Of a stretch of 64,000 nucleotides of DNA, positions 25,808 to 37,934 are shown piece by piece. The DNA lies in the NCBI GenBank assembly GCA_035084275.1, contig CM068757.1, forward strand, positions 4,030,001 to 4,094,000. Direction: 5' to 3'. The notes under the pieces were generated by a model that was not told where the DNA came from, did no database searches, and saw nothing but the letters and a program-made list of their open reading frames with translations. Position 1 is the stretch's first letter. Each line of letters begins with the position of its first letter. This DNA is from Hydrolagus colliei. Taxonomy: Eukaryota. The position numbers and the translations under genes were made by a program.

Positions 25808-26872
25808 GGGTGTGAGTGATTGTGTGCGAGAGTGAGTCAGTGTGTGTGAGTGATTGTGTGTGTGTGATTGTGGGTGATTGTGAACGTGAGTGTGTGTGAG
25901 AGTGATTGTGTGTGAGTGATTGTGGGTGATTGTGAACGTGAGTGTGTGTGAGAGTGATTGTGAGTGTGTGATTGTGTGTGAAAGATTGTGTGTGAGTGAG
26001 TGTGGGTGATTGTGAATGTGAGTGNNNNNNNNNNNNNNNNNNNNNNNNNNNNNNNNNNNNNNNNNNNNNNNNNNNNNNNNNNNNNNNNNNNNNNNNNNNN
26101 NNNNNNNNNNNNNNNNNNNNNNNNNNNNNNNNNNNNNNNNNNNNNNNNNNNNNNNNNNNNNNNNNNNNNNNNNNNNNNAGTGAGTGTGTGTGAGAGATTG
26201 TGTGTGAGTGAGTGTGTGTGAATGTGAGTGTGAGTGAGTGAGTGGGTGATAGTGTGTGAGTGTGGGTGATTGTGTGTGAGTGTGTGAGAGAGTGATAGTG
26301 TGTGAGTGTGGGTGATTGTGTGTGAGTGTGGGTGAGAGTGATTGTGTGTGTGGATGTGAGTGTGAGTGTGTGAGTGTGGGTGATTGTGTGTGAGTGAGTG
26401 TGTGTGAGAGATTGTGTGTGAGTGAGTGAGTGTGTGTGAATGTGAGTGTGAGTGAGTGAGTGGGTGATAGTGTGTGTGAGTGTGGGTGATTGTGTGTGAG
26501 TGTGTGAGAGAGTGATTGTGTGTGAGTGGGTGATTGTGTGTGAGTGTGGGTGAGAGTGATTGTGTGTGTGAGTGTGTGTGAGAGTGATTGTGAATGTGAG
26601 TGTGAGAGTGTGGGTGATTGTGTGTGTGAGTGTGTGAGTGTGGGTGATTGTGTGTGTGAGTGTGTGTGAGAGTGATTGTGTGTGTGTGAGTGTGGGTGAT
26701 TGTGTGTGTGAGTGTGAATGTGAGTGTGAGAGTGTGGGTGATTGTGTGTGAGTGAGTGTTTGTGAGAGTGTGTGAATGTGTGTGAGTGAGTGGATGAGCG
26801 AGTGAGTGTGTGTGAGTGAGTGTGGGTGATTGTGTGTGAGAGAGATTGTGTGTGTGAGTGTGTGTGTATGTG
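25808..26872. repeat. Compound TG-rich satellite (units such as GTGAGTGTGGGTGATTGT)
   Basis: Directly visible; source of the spurious Thr/His-rich ORF. Confidence 0.95.
26025..26178. other. Assembly gap (154 N)
   Basis: Run of n characters inside the satellite. Confidence 0.99.
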
Positions 26873-26895
26873 TGTTTTAGGGGCTCCCAGCCTCT

Positions 26896-26994
26896 ACACA
26901 CATTCACTCATACACACACACACACACACCATGTACACACTCATTCACAAACTCACACACACACAAACATTCACACTCACACACACTCACACTC
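26896..26994. repeat. CA-rich microsatellite, inverted relative to the TG satellite
   Basis: ACACACATTCACTCATACACACAC... Confidence 0.9.
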
Positions 26995-27164
26995 ATTAGC
27001 TACCGAGTCTCCTAGTAAAATGTGTTCTGTCATTACACACACTCCTTATGTGTGAATGACCAACATATCTAAACCCCCTCTTTATATATGGTCATATATA
27101 AGGAGGTTAAAATATAATATCTGGTTAAATAATAATAATGTATGATTATATATATTATATTGAT

Positions 27165-27270
27165 GATAATAATAATCCTTGCATTTTATGTAGCGTCTTA
27201 TCACATTGTTGAAACGCCTCAAAGCGCTTCACACAGTATATTGCAAAGTGGATTCACATTTTGGGGAGAA
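27165..27270 (-). mobile_element. SINE tail fragment within AT-rich low-complexity DNA (about 27085-27545)
   Basis: AATAATCCTTGCATTTTATGTAGCG...CTCAAAGCGCTTCAC. Confidence 0.75.
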
Positions 27271-27904
27271 AGGTCCTGGAAAAATAATGTAATATAACAT
27301 CTGTAATATATAAGATGATTGATAATATATGATTATATACAATATGATTATAATGAATAATAGTTTACAGTGTATTCTGTGAAAATTATTATTATTACCT
27401 GGTTAAATTATTATCATATGGTTATTGTAATATGGCTAATATATGGTTAAATATTAAACAACTGATTAAATACAACATTTGTCTTAAATGTTATGATCAA
27501 ATGCTTTTAATATGTGATGTGATTAATACTATTATGTATTAATAATCTGATGGGACTGCACATACTAGCCAGAACTTGACTGAGATATTTAATTTACTGT
27601 GTAATGTTTCTGCTTGTGCTATTGAAACATTTTTAAAAAAAGAAACTACATGTAATAGGTTTGTTGTCTTCCCATGACTCTAAAGCAGATGAAATATGTT
27701 ACTTTATATTGCCACCTTCAAACTGAGTGAGACTTGACATCAAATGTATCGATCCAAGAGCTTTGTAAATTCAGAGATGTGTATGATTTCTGATGAGTTC
27801 TTAGAAGTTCACAACCATCAAAGCGAGGGAAAAGAATGGCCCAACCTTTATATACGCTCACATTGCTGTGGTACGCAAGCTGAGAGAAATGGTGAATTTA
27901 GATA

Positions 27905-28273
27905 TTAGCATCTCAGTATATTCTGCTAAACGGTTTGAGGCGTCTCGAAGACGTGAAAAGTGTGATATCAAATGCAAGTATTAATATTAATTATTATCAA
28001 ATAACGCTTGGACATTAAATAATGCAATGGACAGATTGAATTTTAAACTGGGGCTGGAATTTAAATATCCAAGCGAAGTAGAAAAAAATTAGCATTTTAG
28101 TTTAATACCGCTAATAAATTGGTCGTTTCAATCCACGACTGCTGTGCGCAATTGGCTGCTGCGTTTCGCCCACAAATGTACAGTCAATTCACTACAGTAT
28201 ATTCTGTGAAGCTCTTTGAGACATCTAGAAGATGTGAAAAGCACTATATCAAATGCAAGTATTATTATTATTA
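27905..28273 (+). mobile_element. Two tandem SINE 3' fragments (about 27905-27996 and 28112-28273)
   Basis: Both end in ATATCAAATGCAAGTATTA...; the second includes TCCACGACTGCTGTGCGCAATTGGCTGC. Confidence 0.82.
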
Positions 28274-29429
28274 TGGAGCCCTCTGATGGATGGCGACTTG
28301 ACGATGTTGCACTCCCACATTGTTGATGGGAAGCGTCAGCCTAAATTATGTTTTGATTCAGTCAAAGATGATTCCAAGACCTTCGGGCCTGTGCCTCAGT
28401 CTTTTGCTGAGGACGACATTCCAAATCAACAGAGCAGATTTGGGGAGAGTAGATGCCATTGAGAGCAGAAGGAAGTCTGGCTTCCACTGGCTGCAGCAGT
28501 ATTGGGTGCTGTTATTTTCTGGTTGTGGGTAGCCTGGACTCACTACTCTACTGAATAATAGTTCCAGTTTGTGACATTGGGAGCAACTGCGCGGGCTTGA
28601 GTTCGTATAAACACTTATGATACAAATATGAATTTTACCCTGAAGCTTAAGTGGGACAGATCCGTAGCACTAACAACCACTAACAACACTGACAACAGAA
28701 TTACATTTATAGACGTCCCGAGGCGCTGAACAGTCAGGGGTCGGAAAAATAGTCCTTCATAGTCCTTCAGACTTTGCTTTTAGTTGATAAATGTGCCAAA
28801 GGAAACATTATTAGAAAGTCATGAAACTTGAAGAATGAGTACATTTCCCTTTTTTTTCAGATGGATGTATTTTATCAGCTATTGTCCAATACAATGTTGC
28901 TGATTTTTTTTCTTCTTTAGCTTCTAGTATTATTATTGTTTTTAAATTTAAATAAAAAGTACAGCTGAAATGGTGGGTGTTTTTCAAACAATTAACCACA
29001 AATTAAAAAAAGCCCGCTGTTTTAAAAACAAATTGCTGTTTGGAAAACTTGTGTTTATTACATGTTAGATGTTTATCTCTAGCTTTTTCTAACTAACAAC
29101 AGAATTAGTCTAGGACTAATTTACCTGGAGTGAATTGAGGAAGCAATATCTATCAGACTAGAGAGCTTCAGCTTCAAATACTATATTTACCTTTTACTAC
29201 GGTGAAACTTGAATGAAAAATAACAAGGTTCAGAAAATGCGTAGTGGCTCAGTCAGTACCTGAAGGGAAAGACTAAATCCTCATGAAAAATCCTATCTGA
29301 AACCTACTTGGGTACAGTTAAAATACTGTACAATTTGCACCATTTTCTCTTCGGGTTTTCCATTTTTCAGCATTTGCAGTTTGTTTTATCTCGTCACATA
29401 CACACTGTACTTGTGGTACTAAGATTCAA

Positions 29430-30400
29430 AGACAAGGTGCTGGGGGTGTACGTAGGACATTTTGCATTCCTAGTGGGAATTTCCAGAAGGAGAGGCCATA
29501 CATTTAGGCACAGTGTCCCCTTGAATCCCTGGATCTGGTTGGAACTTTGGATGTAGGCGATAATGACAGACAATGCAAACTCAGGTGTGACTCAATCTCG
29601 CTGCCTCTCAGAACTATCAGCAGTCAAATAGGAGCAGGCTTGTTGGTTTCCAAATTCTGTGTGGTGTGGGAGAACTTCAGAGGGATGGGGTGAAACTCCT
29701 TTAATTACTGGGTGGGGAAGAACCATACAAAACTGGTTTTGTCCCAGAGTGTTTTTTTGCCAGGAGGTTCAGGAATGTTATCGATTGCCCTGGGCCGTGG
29801 ATGAATTATCAGATGTTTCTAGAAGCAACAATCGAACCAAGTACTTTCTGTATGGTGTGTTTCAAAAAATCAATATTCAATGGGTTAATGATGGAAGTCG
29901 AGCAGACCTTGTTATCAAGCCACTCAAGGGATTCTTTTGCCTGTATCCCGTGGCCTATCTGTGGCCTCCATTTATCAGATGGAATCAGTGAGGCAGCACC
30001 AGGGATGTATTTCTGCACACTGCCTTCTCTTTGTTGTCCAGGGAGAGAAAGGAAAAGCGCAGCTTTCCACCAACATCCACAGAGTTCAAAGTTGTCTATT
30101 AAATCTATAGGACGTTTGGCTTCGATGGATATCAGTACTGCAATTCTTCCCCTTTCCTGTGCCAGAACTTGGCAAACACTCCCCATAGAATGATTCAAAT
30201 CAGAAGCTTGCCACGTGCGGAATCGTGGGTGCAGACTTCCTCCGTCTCTCTGTTGTGCAAGGGGTTTGAGTGTCCTTGAGAGCAACCTTCCAGATTGACA
30301 GGGTTCGGATGTTGCTAGGATTCAAAAAGTTTGTGAGTGGCATTGACTGGAAAAAATGGCCGTGCCGTTTTAAATACCTCTTCGACCTCCGCAAAGTAAA
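29430..30400 (+). mobile_element. Probable decayed DIRS1-type retrotransposon (end of MT domain plus tyrosine recombinase)
   Basis: Ordered, mostly same-frame motifs resembling DIRS1 ORFs: GHTFRHSVPLNPWIW, QSRCLS...CWFPNSVWC, ELSDVS...TKYFL, LVIKPLKGFF, SIKSIGRL, IRSL...SW...VSLLCK; interrupted by stops and frameshifts. Recognition by eye only. Confidence 0.45.
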
Positions 30401-32780
30401 ATGTCTAATCAGCTTTGTGTGTTGTACCTAACATTAGTGCTTTTCTTACGCTATCTCCGATTCTCTCCTATTTCTTTCTTTCTTTTCCCACAGCATCTGA
30501 CCTTTTGCAGCTCTTCCCTCCCCTTTTCCTAACACCTGGTTGATAGAAAAGGTGTTCTTTGCTTATAGGATTCAATTCCTCCGGTTGTCATTTGGGGTAA
30601 GTGAAAAAAGCATTGCAATAGGAAAAAAAAACCCTAGTCATTTCATTGGTTGCCTATATTTTAAGAAAAGAGTGAAATATTACTATAGCACTGACCTGAT
30701 GTGTGGCATGAAAGAGAGGGAGAGACTTCTGCCTTTGGTTTGTGTGGAAAGCTGAGAGAAGTCTTGATAGTGAAATCAATGAATAAAATAAGATTTGAGA
30801 TCCCAGTTATAATGAAATACCATCCTCCAGGGTCTTCTGCTGTATCGGGCTGTGTCTTCCCATTTTTACTATTTATTTGGTTTGTTTTATCAGTCGTGGT
30901 TAAGTGCAACACTGACAAAGTCATCTGTAAGGTTCTTTTGTGGTGCATCTTATCTCACATGAAGCGGTTCCGAATACAGAAAGAATGATATTACGAAGGA
31001 TTTCAGGAGGGTTCCTGGTGGGCAGAGCTAAGACAAATTTACTTTTTGTATAAAAATATTAGGTTGATGAAAATAGTTTAAAAATGTTTCGTTGGTGATG
31101 GTCGTTTTGGGAGGAGGGTGGGAATTGCAATGCTGCGTGTGAGACTGTATGCCTGCCGTTTGGAGGGAACTCACTGTAAATTTCTCTCTGAATATTTTTA
31201 GCACTGTACTGCATAAAAGAATCAGCGATATTTCAATAAAGGGCACATCGAGGTTGAAAATTTCAAATGCATGCAAGCTTGTTTGGTAGTGCAGCCAGGA
31301 CATTAGGAGTAGTATAGATTATTCAAAGCACATGTGGTGATTAAATTCTCTCCAGCCTTTCCCCAGGGAAGGACCAAAGTTCAGCATTTACTATGAAGGG
31401 GAACCTTGCCATGACTTTTTCCAAAGTGGTTACCGACTCACTGTTATGCACGTTATACACGTAATGTTTTGCATGAAAGCTCACTTAAAGTCCAGGAAAA
31501 CTGGGGAGATTACTAACCATTCAGCTGAACTGTAACAGAGCTGTGTTAATTTGAATAGTGAGCGTTTAGGGGTGTGGTACACAGCTGCAGGCTTGAGCGG
31601 GTTTCAATCCCAGCCTGGTGCAAACATGCCCATGCGTCTTCATATTATATATGTAGGTCCTGGTACATCCACTTGAATGAAGACGGGGAGTAGCTCGGTC
31701 TGTCTAGTTTTGTATTACAGTTGAAAATGCAGACTGCTGGCAGCAATATTCACAAATGTAAATGCTCAGCAGTTTTTAATATTTTCATATTTGCCAGTGG
31801 GCTGCTTTTTTGTTCCAAAAGAAAAAAGACAGAGGATATTTAACTCTTTCAAATAAACAATTGTACCCAACTACAGATCTTCCTTGGATTTCTGTTTGAG
31901 CGCAGATTTCAGCCTCGTCATCGAAAGACCCCAGTAATGCATTAGTTTTCCCTCGCACAATGTTCTTGTTCTTTTATATCCTAGTGCGCTTCAGGGTCCT
32001 TGCAGATTTATGAAGTGCTATAGAAACTTTTTCCAACCTAAAATGTGCAATGCAATTGATGTTCTTCAAATTGGATGCAGATGGTACTTGAATAGACTGT
32101 ATTTAATGTCCAAATCGAATTGCTCCTGAGTTAATACAAGCTTGAAATGTAAACCCTTTATTGCAGTGCAGATTATCAGCATTATTTTGACAACAATTTG
32201 TATCTCTCTTACCTTTTTGGTTTTTAACATGTTCCACCTTTTTTAAAGAAAAGATTGTGATGGTGATTGATCAAAATGCATGGTTGAACAATCAAAGGAT
32301 CCCAATTTTACAGTGCAGTATCTTATCTCTCTAATTGAAAGTTACTACTAGATGCTGAGCAATAGGCAGTAAAAGTTAACTATTTGTTCGTTAGTTTTAA
32401 TATTAAAATTTTTATGACTCCATTTCCCCCCTTGCTTTTTTTTAACAACAGTGAAATCACTACAACATTAAAACAACAAAACAACTAAATTACACTTGTA
32501 TAGTGCCTTTCACGTCAGGAGGATGTTAAACAGATGTTTAACTAAAGCTGTTATTAAAATATTGTACTTTGAACTAAATTCAGCAACAGAAATCTACTTT
32601 AATATCTCAATGGGTTTCAAATACCAATTTTGTTATTGCAGTTAATGAACCTGGCTGAGTAGATGGATTTAGCAGCAGGGAGAATAGTTACAGCTTTATT
32701 GGTAACAGCTATAATTATTATTATTTATTAACATTTGTATTTTTCTAATTCTCAGAATCCATAGGAAGGGAAATTGCATT

Positions 32781-33316
32781 ATGTATGCATCAAACAAGTA
32801 CAGCAGCCGGGGCCCTACCCTTATTCCCAGGATGAAAACTAAACACCGAATTTATTACATAGCGCTGTTTTCAATTGTACTGCTTGGACTTGTGGCCACA
32901 GGAATGTTCCAGTTCTGGCCACATACGATAGAAGCTACTAATGAGTGGACAGTAGAAAAACGCAGCATTCATGATGTTCCCGAAGTCAAACTGGCAGAAG
33001 ACAGTCTTATCCCCGAACGAGGTGATCTGAGCTGTAGAATGCACACTTGCTTTGATGTATATCGATGCGGGTATAATCCAAAGAACAGGATCAAGGTGTA
33101 CATCTATCCACTGAAGAAGTATGTTGATGAGTTCGGAACTGTGGTCAGCAACACCATATCTAAAGAATACAATGAATTGTTGACTGCTATTTCAGAAAGT
33201 GACTTTTATACAGACGACATAAACAGGGCTTGCTTGTTTATTCCTTCACTCGATGTACTAAACCAGAATAACCTCAGGATCAAGGAAACTGCACAAGCAC
33301 TCGCCCAGTTATCCAG
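32781..33316 (+). CDS. EXT2: EXT2 coding exon 1 (gene exon 2; acceptor at 32756, 25 nt of 5'UTR): cytoplasmic tail, type II TM helix, stem, start of GT47 domain
   Basis: Translation [48 protein letters not shown]...[13 protein letters not shown]...[15 protein letters not shown] is closely similar to vertebrate EXT2; ttctcag|AATCC acceptor; AG|gtaagt donor; 536 coding nt. Confidence 0.98.
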
Positions 33317-33555
33317 GTAAGTCGCAAGCAGCTGTTTTTCACGTATTCAGTTTTTGTGGCTTATTCGAATAGTTTATTCAACCTTTTCGTGTTAGCATAA
33401 GCAAAAAGTTGAGATCTGACATATTACATGATATTTTTTGTATTGTATAAAATTTGTATATATTCCATTCAATACTTGTGTGAATTTTCTGGTCTTATTT
33501 TACATTTTGACGAAGAACAACTGCTCATCTAATATTGCTTCATTCGAAAATGACA

Positions 33556-33665
33556 AAAGATTACAAAGAATGTACAGCATGGAAACAGGCCATTTGGCCC
33601 AATCAGTGTATGCTGGTGTTTATACTCCATTCTTTACTCCTTCTCTTACCCTTACATTCCCCTCT
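33556..33665 (-). mobile_element. CR1-type 3' tail fragment
   Basis: GAATGTACAGCATGGAAACAGGCCATTTGGCCCAA..GTGTATGCTGGTGTTTAT. Confidence 0.65.
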
Positions 33666-33731
33666 TCGTCATGCGAAGGAAGATTGAGCAAAGGGCAGCT
33701 GTGTTTGCAGCAATATCTCAGAGATGGTAGA

Positions 33732-33932
33732 CACAGATTTTCCAGCAGAGGTCACTGGGTAGCTGTCAGTGGAGGAATGCTGGCTGTTTAGATTTGTGTT
33801 CCTCTCTTCGCTGGCCTGTGGATCTGAGGTCAATAGTAGCGCTCTCACTGCTGACTTAACTGAGATCAACAAATTCAGCACAGCCAGATCAGCGATTGAG
33901 CTGAACAACCTTCTCGTCCCACTGGGCTCAAT
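33732..33932 (-). mobile_element. AmnSINE2-like ancient SINE
   Basis: TTTCCAGCAGAGGTCACTGGGTAGC...CTGGCTG...CTGAGGTCAATAGTAG...CTGAGATCAACAAATTCAGCACAG is collinear with the antisense AmnSINE2 consensus as I recall it. Confidence 0.65.
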
Positions 33933-34104
33933 GCCGTCCCACGTGACACTTACTCCCAGAGCCAAACCCCACCCTGAATGGTCATGTCCCTTTTGCAGAG
34001 TTTTGAGTTGATTCTGAAACATCGTGTGGTGTAAATCGACGGGTGCTTTGCGTGTACTTTCCTCTTGTTAATACCCAGCATGGAAACTTCTTAAATTGTT
34101 TCCA

Positions 34105-34320
34105 GAGCCGTTTAGCCTCTGCGGGATGCCTCCCAATTAGTGTCCAATTAGTGTCAATGGGTGTCCCCACCCATTCTCGCTAGGAACTGGGTTGAGACTC
34201 TTTCTCCTCCACCCCCCCCCCCCCCCCACCCCCACCACCCCCACTCCCTGCCCCCACCACCACCCACAACCCAAGCCCATTCTCACACTGGTCCTTGCAG
34301 TCAACTGAGACTTTCATTCT
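34105..34320 (-). mobile_element. LF-SINE-like ancient SINE interrupted by a C-rich tract (34205-34272)
   Basis: Minus strand reads GAAAGTC...TGTGAGAATGGG...GTCTCAACCCAGTTCCTAG...ATTGACACTAATTGGACAC...GCAGAGGC, collinear with recalled LF-SINE motifs. Confidence 0.55.
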
Positions 34321-35119
34321 AATAATGCCTTTGTTCCTTTCAAGGTGTGATCAGGACCTGTGCACCAAGCAGTCAATTGTGAAGGCATCATTGTAACCTT
34401 GTAATTGTGTATTGTACTATATTCTCATCGTATGGTTGTATGGATTGTAGTAACTTTTCAATCATTTTGCTTCTCTCCAAATTTGGGAGTGCGACCCACG
34501 AAAGGTACTCTATTCATGTTGTGTTCTTCCGGATAGAATCCCGTTGTATTTCAGAGAAACTGCACTTGGATGCATTCGTTAGAATGAAGTTAGAGAATTG
34601 TATCGTTGCTGTTTCTAGTTACTTATGCTGTGTTGAAAATGGACTTTTGCAACTTTTGTACGTCTCCTCTTTTGCTCCGTCAGCTTGGTATCCTTGCGAA
34701 GCTGTCACTTTCTTGGTTCAGAATTTAAACCCGAATTTAAATGGAAGGGACACTCTCTTCACGCTAGCTACCGTCTCCATAAGAGGGTGGTGGGCCACAC
34801 AGTTGCTAGACCCCAATAGTTCTGCGCTTGGCCTAGTTGCTTCAAGTTGCTTGGCCTAGTTGCTTTAATTTTGGAGTGAACCAAGTTAATTCCCTTTTTG
34901 AGCATTTCCCCTGATTAACATTATATTGAGTATGTATGTAAGATTCCTGTTGTTCGACCTGGCAACTTTCTTGCTACCTTTTCCTAAAGCTGATTTGGTT
35001 TTGAGTGTTGACAATGTATACAACTGCTTTGTATTGTTCCCTGTGCAATTCAGTTTGCTTTCGTTCAAAATAAATTGTATTCTAAAATTTGTACTTTTTA
35101 AAAAAAAAATCTATTTTAG

Positions 35120-35209
35120 GTGGAATCGAGGGATCAACCACTTTCTGTTTAACATGTTACCGGGCGGGCCTCCCGATTATAACACTGCACTGGATGTACC
35201 ACGAGACAA
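35120..35209 (+). CDS. EXT2: EXT2 exon 3
   Basis: ttttag|G acceptor; (R)[29 protein letters not shown](K); AA|gtaagt donor; 90 nt, phase compatible with neighbours. Confidence 0.97.
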
Positions 35210-37934
35210 GTAAGTTTCAATCAAGTGCTATGTCTAGTAAAAAAAAATCTTTTTTTTAAAATAGGGGAATGCAGAGTCGCTTCTTCTAGATTGCGGTTGC
35301 AGTCTTAAAAGTCTGGGGGAAAGATATAAACATATGCATTTTTTTTAAAGAAGACACAAATTATAATAGTTTCCCTGCTCGATAGAGATGGTGACATTTT
35401 TAAATGCAGTTTTCAATTTGGAAGAATTTGTACGAGAATTGTATTTCAAAGCTCGCTCGTTCCACCAGTGTGGTTACCTTGCTGCAGAACAATGTACTTT
35501 GCTGTATATCTAAACTCAGCCATTCAGCAGCAACAATAAGTTTTGTACTTTAAGAACAACAACAACTTCGATTTATATAGTGCCCTCCACGCCGGATGGC
35601 GTCTCAGAGGGCTTGAAGGACTTTAGGATTTTAAGATTTGAAACAGGTAACAGTGGCATGAAAGTACCATTGACTTAAACGTTAAGTTGGAGGTACTGTA
35701 ATTGGGTGTTTTATGTTTGGAGATTTTTTAAATTGTAGACCACAAGAGGGCAGCAAGCTCCAGGTAATGTAGTTGTACAGAATGCAACAGTTCTGTACAC
35801 AGAGACCATAGTGGCTGGAGTTGTAAGGATAACATAAACAATATTTCACCCATGCTATTGGACCGTATTCTAAGTTGTTTTTTAAGGACTGTAGTAAAAC
35901 CATAGGAGTGTCTGACATGCAACCCCTGGATTGTCCTGGGCCTCGGGACAGTCTTCGGACAAGATTGGTGCAATACAAGTGTAGTCATTTCTCCGCTCTA
36001 TCTTATAGTTCTATTCTTTCATTTCTGGTGTCTCTTTAAATGCCGCAGCCCCTCCAAGGTAGCAAATGCTAGAAATATGCTTTCTGTTATATGGTGTAGA
36101 AAATTTCGAGCTGTAACCCAACCAATGACTGGTACAAATTTCTCATCACCAAGTTAGTTTTGTATTTATTGGCTCAGTATATAAACCCTTTGATTTCCCC
36201 CCCCCCTCTTAAAACTACACATTTTGGGCGCAGATAATATTTTGCGCCAACAATTCCGGAGATGCCTATGTTGTAAAATTCCAAAAAGTCGTATACAAAT
36301 GATCACTTGCATCTGTCTGTAAAGGATGGGCGTTTCTAAAAAATGCTTTGTCTATTTTCTTGACAGTTAAGCAGACTAGTGTGGTAACCTTCTTATGCAT
36401 ATTTAGCTCTTGTATAGTGGAAATGTGCATGGTAGAAATTGCTTCATCTATTTCAAGCATTGAATGACATGCACAGAATGACTGATGGGATACTAATTTT
36501 GATATAGTATTTTTTACGTTTTAATAAGGTTTTATGCCGACTGCAATACAGTATCTGGATTACATTTTAACTGTAAAACAAACTCCATGGTATTACCTTA
36601 TAATGTTTTCCAGTCATTAAACTGTTCCATGTGGTTTCTTCTGAAATTCAGTTTAAATGCTACACGTAATTTTTACAGGGCCATAAAAATAATGGTACAC
36701 TCGTTTTTTTGAAACGTTGCCACTGGTTAAATCCACAGTATATCAAATACCTTTGTTTTTATTTTTCCAGCGTATTGGTATATGTAATGGAGACTGATGG
36801 GGTGGGGGTTTAATTTTTGAAATGTAGTCTTTGGTATTGAGGCCAATGTGAAGAGTGTTGCCAGGGAGCAAAGCCAATTGATGATCATTGCCCACTCTAA
36901 CCTTTCTACCTTTCTGGTAGAAAGTTTTGCTAGTTTTGCTTTACTTTATAAATCCCCCACATCCTTTGCCTCTTACTTTACATTAACTACAAAGTGGCTC
37001 GTAATTCTACCGTTGGTCACAAAATACTATTTTCTGCAAATTTCATATTTTTCTTGGCCTGTGACTGTTATGTCCACTGGATTAAGGTTGAGGAAACTGG
37101 TGAAAGCTACAATGCTGATCCAAAACCGTTAGGTTAGATTTACGAGGACTGAATTTTGGATAGCTTTTTTTCTCTCTCGTATTATTCAATGAGCAACAGG
37201 GAAACCCGCTGGACCGCCCAAGAACTTTCAAGGAACATTTCAACTGGCTTTTTAATAACAGTCAGTTTGGGGGGGGAGCAAAGGCAAGGAAGTTGTACAT
37301 AAAAATGGAGGGAACTGGCTCAGCAGGCTGAATGGTCCAATTCCAATGTTCATAAAGTATTACAAACTAACAGTGTTCCATGATACTGAAATTCTACTCA
37401 TGCTCTGTGGTTGCTTAGAACTCTCAAGTCAGGTATAAATCAGTTGGATTGGATTGCCAACTCCAGCCATTGTTATCAAGTGAGACTGTTTGTTACTTGC
37501 TATATCAAATGCAAGGATTATTGTTATTATCATTATTGCCCTTTAGTCTCATTGCTGACAGGAACTCAACTCCAAACTCGAAAACCAATGTTTTGGTGGC
37601 GAAAGTATATGAAAATTAAATTTCTGGCTCCTATGTTAATACACAGATATGAAACCTACTCTGATACTGTTAACTTTGTTCTAACATTTGGCACACAGAC
37701 TTTACTGGAAAGAAGATTTGATATGCTTTTAGAGAGGGGAAACAAACGTTGGCAAATCGTAGAGAAATGTGTTCTTGAAAGGTACTTTGCTTTGACCAGA
37801 AGTGAACAATGATGTGGTCGTTTCTTATTTTGTTTCCTCTTTGATTCCAATTGAAGTTGGGTAATTGAATCCTATCCGTTCTGTACTCAGAACATTTCCC
37901 TTTCCTTTACTATTTCATTGGGGTTGTGTCAGGG

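Noticed and set aside
25837-26907. 356-aa Thr/His-rich ORF on the minus strand
   Set aside because: Translation of the TG satellite across an N gap; not a gene.
29225-29390. Possible second Penelope/hammerhead-family remnant
   Set aside because: Only vague similarity to the 11972-12112 element; no intact stem II or core motifs.
29809-30285. 158-aa minus-strand ORF as a novel gene
   Set aside because: Non-ATG start, in-frame stop shortly upstream, no recognisable domain; better explained as the antisense of a decayed element.
34407-34859. 150-aa intronic ORF
   Set aside because: Non-ATG start, no homology recognised, no consistent splice signals.
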